From Propionivibrio sp. (GTDB lineage: Bacteria > Pseudomonadota > Gammaproteobacteria > Burkholderiales > Rhodocyclaceae): a stretch of 64,000 nucleotides of DNA. Position numbers and translations under genes: made by a program. The number at the start of each line of letters is the position of its first letter. Position 1 is the stretch's first letter. Below the pieces are notes generated by a model that saw nothing but the letters and a program-made list of their open reading frames with translations, had not been told where the DNA came from and did no database searches. This document shows positions 1 through 8,648 of this stretch, piece by piece. The stretch spans positions 3,752 to 67,751 of the forward strand of contig NZ_JBMOJE010000012.1 in NCBI RefSeq assembly GCF_049316945.1. Reading direction: 5' to 3'.

Positions 1-2
1 TC

Positions 3-770
3 GCACGCAACTTCGAGTACTGCACGCAGATGCCGATCCACCCGCGCCATCCCTACGTTGGCGACCTGGTCTTCACCGCCTTCTCCGGCTCGCACCAGGA
101 CGCGATCAAGAAAGGCTTCTCAGCACAGGAGGCGGATGCGCTCTGGAACCTGCCCTACCTGCCGATCGATCCGGCCGATCTCGGCCGCAGCTACGATTCG
201 GTGATCCGCATCAACAGTCAGTCGGGCAAGGGAGGCGTTGCCTATCTGCTCGAAACCGAATACGGCGTCGTGATGCCGCGCCGCTTGCAGGTTGAATTCT
301 CAGCTGTGGTTCAGCGCTACACCGACAAACACGGTGGCGAAATGGAAGCATCCGACATCTGGACGCTCTTCTCGCAGACCTATCTCGAAACCTGTAATCC
401 CGTTAGTTATGTCAAACATCAACTATTTGAGGACGGCACAATGCAGGGCATTCGCCTGACGGTGCAGATGCAGGGCGAAACCCATGAGCTGACCGGCGAA
501 GGCAATGGTCCGATTGATGCCGCGGTCAATGCCTTGCGCAAACTCGGGATCAAGCTGCAGGTGCGCAGTTACGAAGAGCGTTCGATGGGTAGCAGCCGCG
601 AAGGCGGCGATGCTAAAGCCTGTGCCTTCATGGAAGTTACACAAGTTGGCAGCGAGCGCGAATGCTACGGCGTCGGCATGGATGCGAACATCGTCACCGC
701 CTCGATCAAGGCGCTGTTGAGTGGCGTCAATCGACTGAGCCTGAGCGGCGCGGCGGTCAAAGCCGCTTGA
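3..770 (+). CDS. leuA: 2-isopropylmalate synthase, C-terminal part (5' end lies outside the window)
   Basis: The frame is open from the window edge to the stop at 768-770. PIHPRHPYVGDLVFTAFSGSHQDAIKKG and the following regulatory-domain sequence match long-form LeuA as I remember it. Confidence 0.85.
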   Translation, partial: ARNFEYCTQMPIHPRHPYVGDLVFTAFSGSHQDAIKKGFSAQEADALWNLPYLPIDPADLGRSYDSVIRINSQSGKGGVAYLLETEYGVVMPRRLQVEFSAVVQRYTDKHGGEMEASDIWTLFSQTYLETCNPVSYVKHQLFEDGTMQGIRLTVQMQGETHELTGEGNGPIDAAVNALRKLGIKLQVRSYEERSMGSSREGGDAKACAFMEVTQVGSERECYGVGMDANIVTASIKALLSGVNRLSLSGAAVKAA

Positions 771-855
771 AACAGGAGGAGATCAACGGATGGTGCGGTG
801 AGGCAACGTGGTAGAATCATGCCCCCTGCACGCAACCCTCTGATTGATCTTCACT

Positions 856-1464
856 ATGTTCTCCGGAATCATTGCCGCAATTGGAAGCATTACCGAACTG
901 ACCCCGCGTAACGACGGCACGCCGACCGTACGGCTGACCGTCGACGCCGGCCATCTCAGCCTTGACGACGTGGCCATGGGTGACTCCATTGCCTGCAACG
1001 GCGTCTGCCTGACCGTCGTCGAAAAGCGCGAGCGCAGCTTTGCGGTCGACGTCTCGCCCGAAACGCTGTCATGTACCATCGGGCTGGGCGCTCCGGGCCC
1101 GATCAATCTGGAAAAGGCGCTGCGTCTGGCTGACCGCCTTGGCGGCCACCTCGTTTCCGGCCACGTCGACGGCGTTGGCGAGGTTTTGCGCTTCGACCCC
1201 GTTGGCGATAACCGCCTGCTTGAAATCAGGGCACCGGAGGCTCTGGCCAAATATATCGCACGCAAGGGTTCGATCACCGTCAATGGCGTCAGCCTGACCA
1301 CCAATACGGTCATCGGCGCCTGTTTCTCCATCAACCTGATTCCGCACACGCTTGAAGCAACGACGCTCGGTCGTCTGAAAGCGGGCAGCCAGGTCAATCT
1401 CGAGATCGATCTGATCGCACGCTATTGCGAACGGCTTCTTGGCGTATCCAACGGCGCCAAGTAG
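856..1464 (+). CDS. ribE: riboflavin synthase (alpha subunit)
   Basis: Canonical MFSGIIAAIGSI N-terminus and the two-repeat lumazine-binding architecture. ATG 856 is preferred over the TTG 844 start in the ORF track. Confidence 0.9.
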   Translation: MFSGIIAAIGSITELTPRNDGTPTVRLTVDAGHLSLDDVAMGDSIACNGVCLTVVEKRERSFAVDVSPETLSCTIGLGAPGPINLEKALRLADRLGGHLVSGHVDGVGEVLRFDPVGDNRLLEIRAPEALAKYIARKGSITVNGVSLTTNTVIGACFSINLIPHTLEATTLGRLKAGSQVNLEIDLIARYCERLLGVSNGAK

Positions 1465-1537
1465 GTAAATAAAGTATAGGAAAAACAGTTAGTTATTCCA
1501 TTACTGGATATTGTTGGACATGGTTGATTATGTGAAT

Positions 1538-1589
1538 CGGTGACGGTATTATTGACGGCATTCATTGCGATACCGTCAAAATACCGTCA
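1538..1589. repeat. Cluster of TGACGG(T/C)AT motifs (two direct, two inverted) just upstream of int; candidate attL or recombinase/excisionase binding sites
   Basis: TGACGGTAT is at 1541-1549 and TGACGGCAT at 1553-1561. ATACCGTCA is at 1570-1578 and 1581-1589. CGGTGACGGTAT (1538-1549) recurs at 30881-30892. Confidence 0.55.
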
Positions 1590-1590
1590 G

Positions 1591-2823
1591 ATGCTTACCA
1601 AACGCCTCGTAGAAAAAGCCGCGCCGACCGACAAGCCGCAGAAGCTAGTCGACGATAGGGGCCTGTACCTCTACGTCACGCCTCACGGGACGAAGTCATG
1701 GCGATTCGACTATCGTTTCGGGGGGAAGCGGTTCACGATGACCTTCGGTATATTTCCCGAAGTCACGTTGGACGAAGCGCGAAAACAGCATCTGGCTGCA
1801 CGGACGAAGCTGGCGGAAGGCGTCAATCCGTCGCAAAAGAAGAAGTTGGAAAAGCTCAGTCAGCAGGTCGGACTCAGCAATACCTTCGATAAGGTAGCGA
1901 CCGCGTGGTTTGACTCCAAGAAAGAGCGGCGCTCAGAAGTTTGGCGGCAAGGGCATCAGCTTTATCTGAAGCGCGATTTGTCACCAGCGTTCGGCAAAAT
2001 TCCCTTAGCAGACATTACGACTGAGACGCTGCTGGGCTTATTGGAAAAGGTCGCAAAGAGTTCTGGCGTCAAAACCGCCGACCGAGTCCGCCAGACTGCC
2101 AGCCAAGTTTTCGATTTCGGACGCCGAAAACTGAAGATCACCGCAAACGTGGCACGCGCCCTGGCTGGATGGGCTGAAATACCAGCCAAGAAGCATCGCG
2201 CTTGGCTAAAAGAGGCTGAAGTCCCCGCATTCCTTGACGCGCTGGATGAATACCCTAGCTACCCGACGACAAAGTACGCCGCCAAGCTGCTTTTTCTTAC
2301 CTTCGTTCGTAAGGGCGAACTCCGTGGAGCCAAATGGTCGGAATTCGATTTCGATAATGCACTGTGGGTCGTACCAGCAGAGCGCATGAAAATGCTGACG
2401 GAGCAAAAGGCGAATCGACATAACGCCCACGATGTTCCACTGAGCCGGCAGGCGCTTGAACTTCTTGAAGAGTTGCGCCCGATTAGTGCCGGTTCAGAGT
2501 ATCTGTTTCCAGGCATTATCAGTCTTGAAAAGCCAATTGCAGGAAGCACGCTCAACGTGATGTTTGCACGCATGGGGTACTCGGGTCTGCTGACACCTCA
2601 CGGCATCCGCGCTACCGCCAGCACTATCCTCAACGAGCACGGGCATCGAGGAGATTTGATCGAGCGTCAACTAGCCCACGTTGAACGGAATGAGACGCGT
2701 GCAGCGTACAACCATGCAAAATACTTGGAAGAGCGCCGTCAAATGATGCAGGCATGGGCCGATATTGTCGATGAGCTTCGCGGCGCAATGCCCAAGAAAA
2801 AGGAAAATGACGAATGGCAATAG
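1591..2823 (+). CDS. int: tyrosine integrase, P4/CP4-57 type
   Basis: The N-terminus MLTKRLVEKAAPTDKPQKLVDDRGLYLYVTPHGTKSWRFDYRF is typical of this family. The C-terminal HGIRATAST...LAHV...AAYNH carries the catalytic R/H/Y set. ATG 1591 is chosen because the GTG 1540 start in the ORF track would translate the repeat cluster. Confidence 0.9.
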   Translation: MLTKRLVEKAAPTDKPQKLVDDRGLYLYVTPHGTKSWRFDYRFGGKRFTMTFGIFPEVTLDEARKQHLAARTKLAEGVNPSQKKKLEKLSQQVGLSNTFDKVATAWFDSKKERRSEVWRQGHQLYLKRDLSPAFGKIPLADITTETLLGLLEKVAKSSGVKTADRVRQTASQVFDFGRRKLKITANVARALAGWAEIPAKKHRAWLKEAEVPAFLDALDEYPSYPTTKYAAKLLFLTFVRKGELRGAKWSEFDFDNALWVVPAERMKMLTEQKANRHNAHDVPLSRQALELLEELRPISAGSEYLFPGIISLEKPIAGSTLNVMFARMGYSGLLTPHGIRATASTILNEHGHRGDLIERQLAHVERNETRAAYNHAKYLEERRQMMQAWADIVDELRGAMPKKKENDEWQ

Positions 2824-3380
2824 ACAAGTACCTGCGAATAAAGCAGGTCTGCGAGCTGACGGGGCTTTCACGAGCGACCATCTACGCGATGGAGAAAAAA
2901 GGCGACTTCCCATCAAAAAAGGCTCTTGGGCCACGTGCAGTGGCTTGGTTGGAATCCGAGATTGCCACCTGGATGGAATCGAGGAAATCAGCAGTGAAGT
3001 CGGGACGCGAAGCAAAGCCTGGACGCCCTTCAGTGCGCAAGAGTGGATCACCGAGAAAAGCAGAAAAATCGGCGATTGAACCAACTGAGCAGCCAAGCTT
3101 AACGCCACCAGTTGGAGCTTCAGGGATTGTCACCGAGCCGACCGATGATTTCCCCGGCTGGTCTGAAGAAGTCTCCGAAACGACCGACAAGTTCGCTGAC
3201 TGGTCTGACGGCGACGACGTGCCGAAATCGCCCAATCAGCCTCCTCGGCTTGCTCAGGCTCCCAGTAAGCGAAATGCTAGAAAAGAGGGGGCAGTCCGGA
3301 TAAATAGGGGCGTGAAAGCTATCGACGTGGTTGCTGATTTCAATGCCTCCAGACTCGGCAAGGCAAAGCCAAGCAAGTAG
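2814..3380 (+). CDS. alpA: AlpA-family HTH regulator/excisionase-like protein with a long low-complexity tail
   Basis: YLRIKQVCELTGLSRATIYAMEKKGDFP is the AlpA-type HTH. The start overlaps the int stop by 10 nt. About 110 residues of acidic, Pro/Ser-rich C-terminal extension follow. Confidence 0.8.
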   Translation: MAIDKYLRIKQVCELTGLSRATIYAMEKKGDFPSKKALGPRAVAWLESEIATWMESRKSAVKSGREAKPGRPSVRKSGSPRKAEKSAIEPTEQPSLTPPVGASGIVTEPTDDFPGWSEEVSETTDKFADWSDGDDVPKSPNQPPRLAQAPSKRNARKEGAVRINRGVKAIDVVADFNASRLGKAKPSK

Positions 3381-3809
3381 TCATTTGCTTATCTTCGCAC
3401 CTCCGCGGAGATAAAGTGTGCGGAAATTGATCCACAGAACGCCTCAGCCCGTATCACGAATGTGTGACGGATGCATTTAGTCTGTCAAGAAATCAGCCCT
3501 TGATTTCCAGAGTTATCTCAGCTAATCTCGCACCGTCGTCTCGGTAGTTCGAGGTAGCACTGGTCAAGGTCCTTCGCATTGGGGGACACCGAATAACTGA
3601 CTTGCGCGCAATGCGCGAGTGAAAAACACCAGCACCCCTCGGCTTACTTATGACGCCGACTCTTATCCTACTCAAACTAGCGCGGAAAATTTTCGCGCAC
3701 AACCATCTCGTTCGTGGTGGCGGATAAGCGTCGGTGTCTCATTCTAGCTAGACATAATCAATGTCCTTGTTCTCCACCATGCGTCTCAATTCGCTTTGGA
3801 GAACTTGTC

Positions 3810-5537
3810 ATGTCTCAAATACAAAAGCTTTTACCTAATGATGATTTCGTAGCCTGTCCTGCAGATCATCCGTACCTCGTTGCCACCGGGAATGTCGGCG
3901 CCAATTGCCAGATGTACAACGGAGATGCTGTCGTGGCCGACATTCCGTGCCGTGGTCTTGCGACGTTCAAAATCTGTGACCACTCTGGAAAGCCAGCTAA
4001 TGCGCTGTTTCTGGCGAATCAAGGTGACTCCAGCTTTGAGCACGTGCTGCTTACTGGGGACAGCATCGCTGGGCACTATATTCGCATCGGCTCCCTTACC
4101 AATCCGATTCTTGTGGTCGAGGACGTCGAAAGTGGATTGTCGCTGAACGCTGCTACCGACTTTTGTGTAGCAGTTACGCTGTACTCGGAAAACATCGCTG
4201 GTGTCGTTTCATCCCTGAGGAAGAAGTATCCGGAAAGTCGGATCATTGTGTGTGTTGGTGCCTATGGCGCCAAAGACCTCCGCTCGAACGAGCCTTACGC
4301 CCGCAAGGCGGCAATGCAGAGCCACGCTGGTGTTGCCATTCCCGACAGCGGCGATCACTTCAACGATCTATTTCTGGAAAGGGGTGCTAAACATACGCTC
4401 GCGCAAGTGCTTCTAGGCAACATGCCGTTGACCAAGCCAGCATTGCCGGAACCTGAAGAGTCCTCGCCTGTAACGGATTCGATGCAATGGTCAGGGCCGA
4501 TATTCGGTAGCGCGCTGATGGAACAGCTTTTGGAGCCCTTCAAACGCCATGTTGTCCTTTCCGAACATCAGATACTGGCGGTCAGCCTGTGGGTGATTCT
4601 CACCCATGCTGTGGGCGTAGCGCGGGTGTTGCCGATTTTAGCCTTGGTCTCACCGGTGCGTCGTTGCGGCAAGACCACGCTGCTCGGCCTCATTCTCATG
4701 CTCGTAAATCGTGGATTGATGTCAAACAACATCACTCCGGCGGCCATGTATCGGACAGTTGACGAATGGAAGCCGACCTTGCTGATTGACGAGGCCGATA
4801 CCTTTCTGGCGACGTGCCAAGAGCTGATTGGCATCATCAATGCGGGTCACACGCGGGATTCAGGGTTCGTCTATCGCATGGGGGTGGGCAATAAACCGCG
4901 CCGCTTCAATGTCTTTTGCCCGAAGCTGATTGCGGGGATTGGTCACCGTTCGCCGACGATTACAGACCGCTCAATCGTTATCGAGCACCAGCGTAAGCGC
5001 GAAGACGAGATCGTCGAAAAATATTCAGCAAAGGACAACGACGATCTAGTTGCTCTACGCACCCGCATTGCACGTTGGGCAGCCGACAATCTGGAGGCGA
5101 TTGCAGCCGCTCAATTCGACCGTCCCGCTCTGGGTAACGACCGCGCATTGGACAACTGGGAGCCGCTGCTAGCCATCGCAGCATGTCTCGGCGACGAGTG
5201 GTTGAAGGCTGCTACCGAAGCGGCTGAAGCTCTCTCCGCCACGCACGAGAAAGCTATTTGCTCAGGCGAGGAACTGCTTCGTGATATCCGGACGGTATTT
5301 TCCGCCAAGGGAACAAATCGGATTTATACCTCTAAATTGATTCATGCGCTATGCAGCAATCCGGAAAAGCCATGGAGCACATTCAGTCGCGGAGGGCCGA
5401 TCACGCCTCGTCAAATCGGCAAGCTGCTTGATGACTTCGGAATCGAATCACGTGACATTCGGACAGGCGAGGAGGTTAAGAAGGGGTACTGGTTAGTCGA
5501 TTTCGAGGATGCCTTTGCTCGATACGTGCCCGATTAA
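3810..5537 (+). CDS. Toprim-like / P-loop (DUF3631-like) primase-helicase-type replication protein
   Basis: ATG 3810 lies 8 nt after GGAG (3798-3801). The N-terminus has a Toprim-like acidic pattern (ILVVEDVESG ... IPDSGDHFNDL). The centre has Walker A SPVRRCGKTT and Walker B LLIDEAD, as in primase-like proteins of P4-type islands. Confidence 0.75.
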   Translation: MSQIQKLLPNDDFVACPADHPYLVATGNVGANCQMYNGDAVVADIPCRGLATFKICDHSGKPANALFLANQGDSSFEHVLLTGDSIAGHYIRIGSLTNPILVVEDVESGLSLNAATDFCVAVTLYSENIAGVVSSLRKKYPESRIIVCVGAYGAKDLRSNEPYARKAAMQSHAGVAIPDSGDHFNDLFLERGAKHTLAQVLLGNMPLTKPALPEPEESSPVTDSMQWSGPIFGSALMEQLLEPFKRHVVLSEHQILAVSLWVILTHAVGVARVLPILALVSPVRRCGKTTLLGLILMLVNRGLMSNNITPAAMYRTVDEWKPTLLIDEADTFLATCQELIGIINAGHTRDSGFVYRMGVGNKPRRFNVFCPKLIAGIGHRSPTITDRSIVIEHQRKREDEIVEKYSAKDNDDLVALRTRIARWAADNLEAIAAAQFDRPALGNDRALDNWEPLLAIAACLGDEWLKAATEAAEALSATHEKAICSGEELLRDIRTVFSAKGTNRIYTSKLIHALCSNPEKPWSTFSRGGPITPRQIGKLLDDFGIESRDIRTGEEVKKGYWLVDFEDAFARYVPD

Positions 5538-5547
5538 CTGAGAAAAG

Positions 5548-5598
5548 CCGCTACAACGCTACAAGCTCGCTACATCTGATTTGTAGCGTTGTAGCGGC
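5548..5598. repeat. Perfect 18-bp inverted repeat (GCCGCTACAACGCTACAA / TTGTAGCGTTGTAGCGGC) built from GCTACA/TGTAGC units
   Basis: The arms are at 5548-5565 and 5581-5598 with a 15-nt loop, starting 10 nt after the primase-like stop. No adjacent T-run follows on the plus strand. It could be a terminator-like hairpin or an origin/iteron structure. Confidence 0.6.
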
Positions 5599-5650
5599 AA
5601 TTCGAGCAAACCCAAAAAAAAACGTCACGTCACGCACACATGAGGTCACC

Positions 5651-6025
5651 ATGAAAAAATCTGTATTTGGAAAGGCTACTGCCGCACAACTGAGAAGAAT
5701 GAGGGAAACAGTCCCAAAATTCCCTGGCGTCCCGCCAGATGCAGGGCACTGCCCACCGGTTCACAGGTACGCCTTCATCATTGAGGAACCGCGTAAATTC
5801 ACCATCAAGGGGAGCGAGCCGGCCAAGGAATTCGACCTTAAAAATGCCCTCACTCAACTGCTAAAGACCATAGATCAGGGCGGCAGCGTCGACCATTCGG
5901 TATTCCGATTGAGAATAGCTGAGGACGACTGGGAAAAGCTTTGGAACAACCGAGAGCGGCGCAAGAAACCCTGCGATCGGAAAAACGACCCCGTAAATGT
6001 CACGCTACGTATTTCGCGGTCGTAG
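5651..6025 (+). CDS. hypothetical protein (124 aa)
   Basis: ATG 5651 lies 5 nt after GAGG. The ORF is in the same orientation as the flanking replication genes. No motif was recognised. Confidence 0.5.
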   Translation: MKKSVFGKATAAQLRRMRETVPKFPGVPPDAGHCPPVHRYAFIIEEPRKFTIKGSEPAKEFDLKNALTQLLKTIDQGGSVDHSVFRLRIAEDDWEKLWNNRERRKKPCDRKNDPVNVTLRISRS

Positions 6026-6447
6026 GCCGACGCAAGTCGACCGATGCTCGCATGTGGCGAACTTATTTTTCAGAATTATGGTCGCGCCACCGATTGTCGA
6101 AGGTCGCAACCGAGCGCTTGTCCTACGCTCGGTAGCGGGCCTAACCACCCGCGTCGGCATGTCCCGCAGGCATGCGCTGGCACATGAATTCAACGCCAAT
6201 ATAAAGCACTCATTTTCAGGTGCCGTACTCAATTTGACGGCAGCACTTGGCTACCAAGGCTACCTGCTTGGCACCGGGCATATTGGCTCGCTGCCAGTCA
6301 GGTCGTCAGTGGCTGGGGTACTTGCTGAAAGGCATACCCCCCCAGGTGCATTCCCCTAGATGATAACCAGCCAACTCGCCCCAGCGATAACCGGGGCAGT
6401 GGCGAAGGTCATCAAGGATCGCCATCGACCTGTACGGAGTGCCGACC

Positions 6448-7653
6448 ATGACCGATTCAATCAAGACCACCCTGTCCCTGCGGAAGCTGTCCCCCCGCGT
6501 TCGCATGGACATTGATGCCAGACTTTGCAATGTCGTCACCCCGTGGGGTGAGCTACTTGAGCGCTACACCAAGCCCAGTCACCAGCGCAGCGCGCTCTCT
6601 GGAACCAAAACCAAGTGGGTCGTCCGGTGTGCTGCGGACCTAAACGATCCCGGACTAGGCGATGTTCCATATTGCATCGAGTCTCAGCTGCACCTCCCCA
6701 ACGCTTTGACCGGGCACAACCTCGAACATGGAACCAGCGTGTTCGCCGCCGGAGTGGCTGCGCTCGAACTGCAACGTATCTGGATGGCTGGCTTTGGCTT
6801 GCCCCGCGAAGAGCTTGACCTCCTGACGCCGGACGACATCACATTGCGGGGCGTGACCATCACGTTTCATCAGCTGATGGCCGACCATGAAACCGCCAAG
6901 GCTCTAGTCGATGCTGTTCTTGCTACGGGGACCGCATTGGGCATCTGTGAGTACTACGGGTCATCGAATTTGACGGTCTATCTGAATTGCGGAACGTTCA
7001 AGCTGGTCTTCTACATCAAGACCGACCTGTCGCACTGCGCGTTTCCGAGTGACGCACCGGTCGAGAGCCTGATTGGCTGCGCGGGCTGTATCGTGCGGAT
7101 TGAGGCCGTGCTGGGCGAACGGTTCCTAAAAAAGTACCACCGGACCGCTCTCCGGAGTTGGGAAAACGCCTACGAGGAAGGTCTGTACGAGCGCATCTAC
7201 AACCTCACCGTTCGGAAACTGCTGCGCCTCGATGACGGACTCCGCCACAAAGAGCCGCGTGCCGAAGTGTATGAACGTCTGACGCCGACCGAGGAACGTT
7301 TGCTGCGCGGCTATATCGCCGGGCATGATCCGCGAAAGTTTAAAAATGTTGTCGAAAGCCGCAGTCCAGGCAAGCGCTTCTCGGAACTGCGGAAATCGAT
7401 TCTTGCCAAGGCCAATACGGATATCGACATTCCGTGGGACAAACATGTCCAACTTCGCTGCTTCGAGTTGGAAGTGCCGCTGCGGTATCCCGGTGACCAC
7501 CATCCCGATGGTGAGCATGCTCCGTGGTGCTTCTGCGAGGAGAACTGGCCGGCGCTTCTCCAGAAGCTACGCGACAAGTACGAGGAGACATTGGCTGCGG
7601 TAGCCAAACGCAAGGCCGCGACCCACCTACCGGGAGACGTTGTAGCGCTGTAG
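6448..7653 (+). CDS. hypothetical protein, possibly a gene II/X-family (RstA-like) replication initiator
   Basis: ATG 6448 lies 8 nt after GGAG (6436-6439). LHLPNALTGHNLEHGTSVF resembles the P-x-K-x-L-x-GHN-x-F-G motif of filamentous-phage gene II/X proteins as I remember it. The ORF itself is solid, but the function is tentative. Confidence 0.5.
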   Translation: MTDSIKTTLSLRKLSPRVRMDIDARLCNVVTPWGELLERYTKPSHQRSALSGTKTKWVVRCAADLNDPGLGDVPYCIESQLHLPNALTGHNLEHGTSVFAAGVAALELQRIWMAGFGLPREELDLLTPDDITLRGVTITFHQLMADHETAKALVDAVLATGTALGICEYYGSSNLTVYLNCGTFKLVFYIKTDLSHCAFPSDAPVESLIGCAGCIVRIEAVLGERFLKKYHRTALRSWENAYEEGLYERIYNLTVRKLLRLDDGLRHKEPRAEVYERLTPTEERLLRGYIAGHDPRKFKNVVESRSPGKRFSELRKSILAKANTDIDIPWDKHVQLRCFELEVPLRYPGDHHPDGEHAPWCFCEENWPALLQKLRDKYEETLAAVAKRKAATHLPGDVVAL

Positions 7654-7664
7654 CGGCAAATTCG
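7639..7664. repeat. Second copy of the TTGTAGCG(Y)TGTAGCGGCAA(A)TTCG motif
   Basis: GTTGTAGCGCTGTAGCGGCAAATTCG spans the stop codon of the 6448-7653 gene. It matches 5581-5605 (TTGTAGCGTTGTAGCGGCAATTCG) apart from one substitution and one extra A. Confidence 0.6.
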
Positions 7665-7804
7665 GGGGACCGGTCAGTTGTATTGACGGTCCCCGTTGCA
7701 ACGTGAGGAATCTCTCCTTACTTGGCCGGCTGATCTCGGTGGGCCAGACGACGATTGAACCGCCATAGTTAACGATGCTAAACGTCCGCGCCTCACTATG
7801 CGAT

Positions 7805-8557
7805 TTATGCTGAAACGGGCAAAGTGGGTATTTCGGCGGCGATACCAACGTGATCTGTGATGGGCTTCCCATTGATGAAAGGCACTGCCCATTCGCTGAC
7901 GTTCGGGAGATATGGCGATTGAAGCCCCCGTCTGCTGATGCAGATATGGTCAATCCGTGGCCTACCGGTAAGCGTATCGAGACCCGGCGTAAGGCAAAAG
8001 AGATCCCGATGACGCAGCGCGGCTGAAAGCATAATCTCACCGTCCTTCGAGCCGTACCGCGATACCCCAGGGAGAGACTGGTTGAAATCGCCGGCGACCA
8101 AGAAAGTGCAATCATCGTGCTGTGCATGAATCCGTGTCCATTCAGCAGACTGCACGGCAACTGCGCTACAGAATCCGTCAGCGCCTAGCCATAGCTTGTC
8201 ACTGAGCCACGGTAGGACAGTGCCGACGACGACAATAGCGGGATGCTTCGGAATCTTGATATGGACAGCCGCCATCCGATCCTGCTGAGCATGAATCTCA
8301 ACTGGCGTATGTGCAATTGTATTTCTGACCCAGATCGAGACCCAGCAACGTTCCGGAGATGATGCTAAGTCTTCGGCGGACAACGACTGTGCGGCCATGA
8401 CGTAGTTCGAAAGTGGCTCAAGGGAGGTTGCCACCCATGTCTCAGTCAGAATCCAGACATCGGCATCCCGCTTTTCAATTGCATCGTAAAAGGCGGCTTT
8501 TCGGTCAGCGCCCAATGGCCTTACCGATTCTAGATTCCATGTAGCGATTCTAATCAT
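7805..8557 (-). CDS. endonuclease/exonuclease/phosphatase (EEP) family protein
   Basis: MIRIATWNLES, DVWILTETW, VAGDFNQSL and a C-terminal TDHVG are the EEP signature blocks. Confidence 0.8.
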   Translation of the reverse strand: MIRIATWNLESVRPLGADRKAAFYDAIEKRDADVWILTETWVATSLEPLSNYVMAAQSLSAEDLASSPERCWVSIWVRNTIAHTPVEIHAQQDRMAAVHIKIPKHPAIVVVGTVLPWLSDKLWLGADGFCSAVAVQSAEWTRIHAQHDDCTFLVAGDFNQSLPGVSRYGSKDGEIMLSAALRHRDLFCLTPGLDTLTGRPRIDHICISRRGLQSPYLPNVSEWAVPFINGKPITDHVGIAAEIPTLPVSA

Positions 8558-8648
8558 GAGGTCATTATTACCCCTTTGGTTTGGAACTCATATCCGACGA
8601 CGAGTTATTTCTTGGACACGATGAGCGAAGCGAGCCGTCTGAAGTGAA

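Noticed and set aside
1465-1590. tRNA or tmRNA gene as the island integration target
   Set aside because: No cloverleaf-compatible sequence lies at either island junction. The only tRNA in the window is at 44404-44490, far from the island.
3493-3702. 69-aa minus-strand ORF between alpA and the primase-like gene
   Set aside because: It is opposite in orientation to the module, with no RBS and an Arg-rich composition. The region more likely holds the promoter or leader of the primase-like gene.
5997-6359. 120-aa ORF and neighbours in the 6.0-6.44 kb gap (5941-6135, 6005-6232, 6306-6539)
   Set aside because: They overlap one another in different frames and lack RBSs and motifs. I cannot support any of them, although the region may hold a small gene or regulatory DNA.
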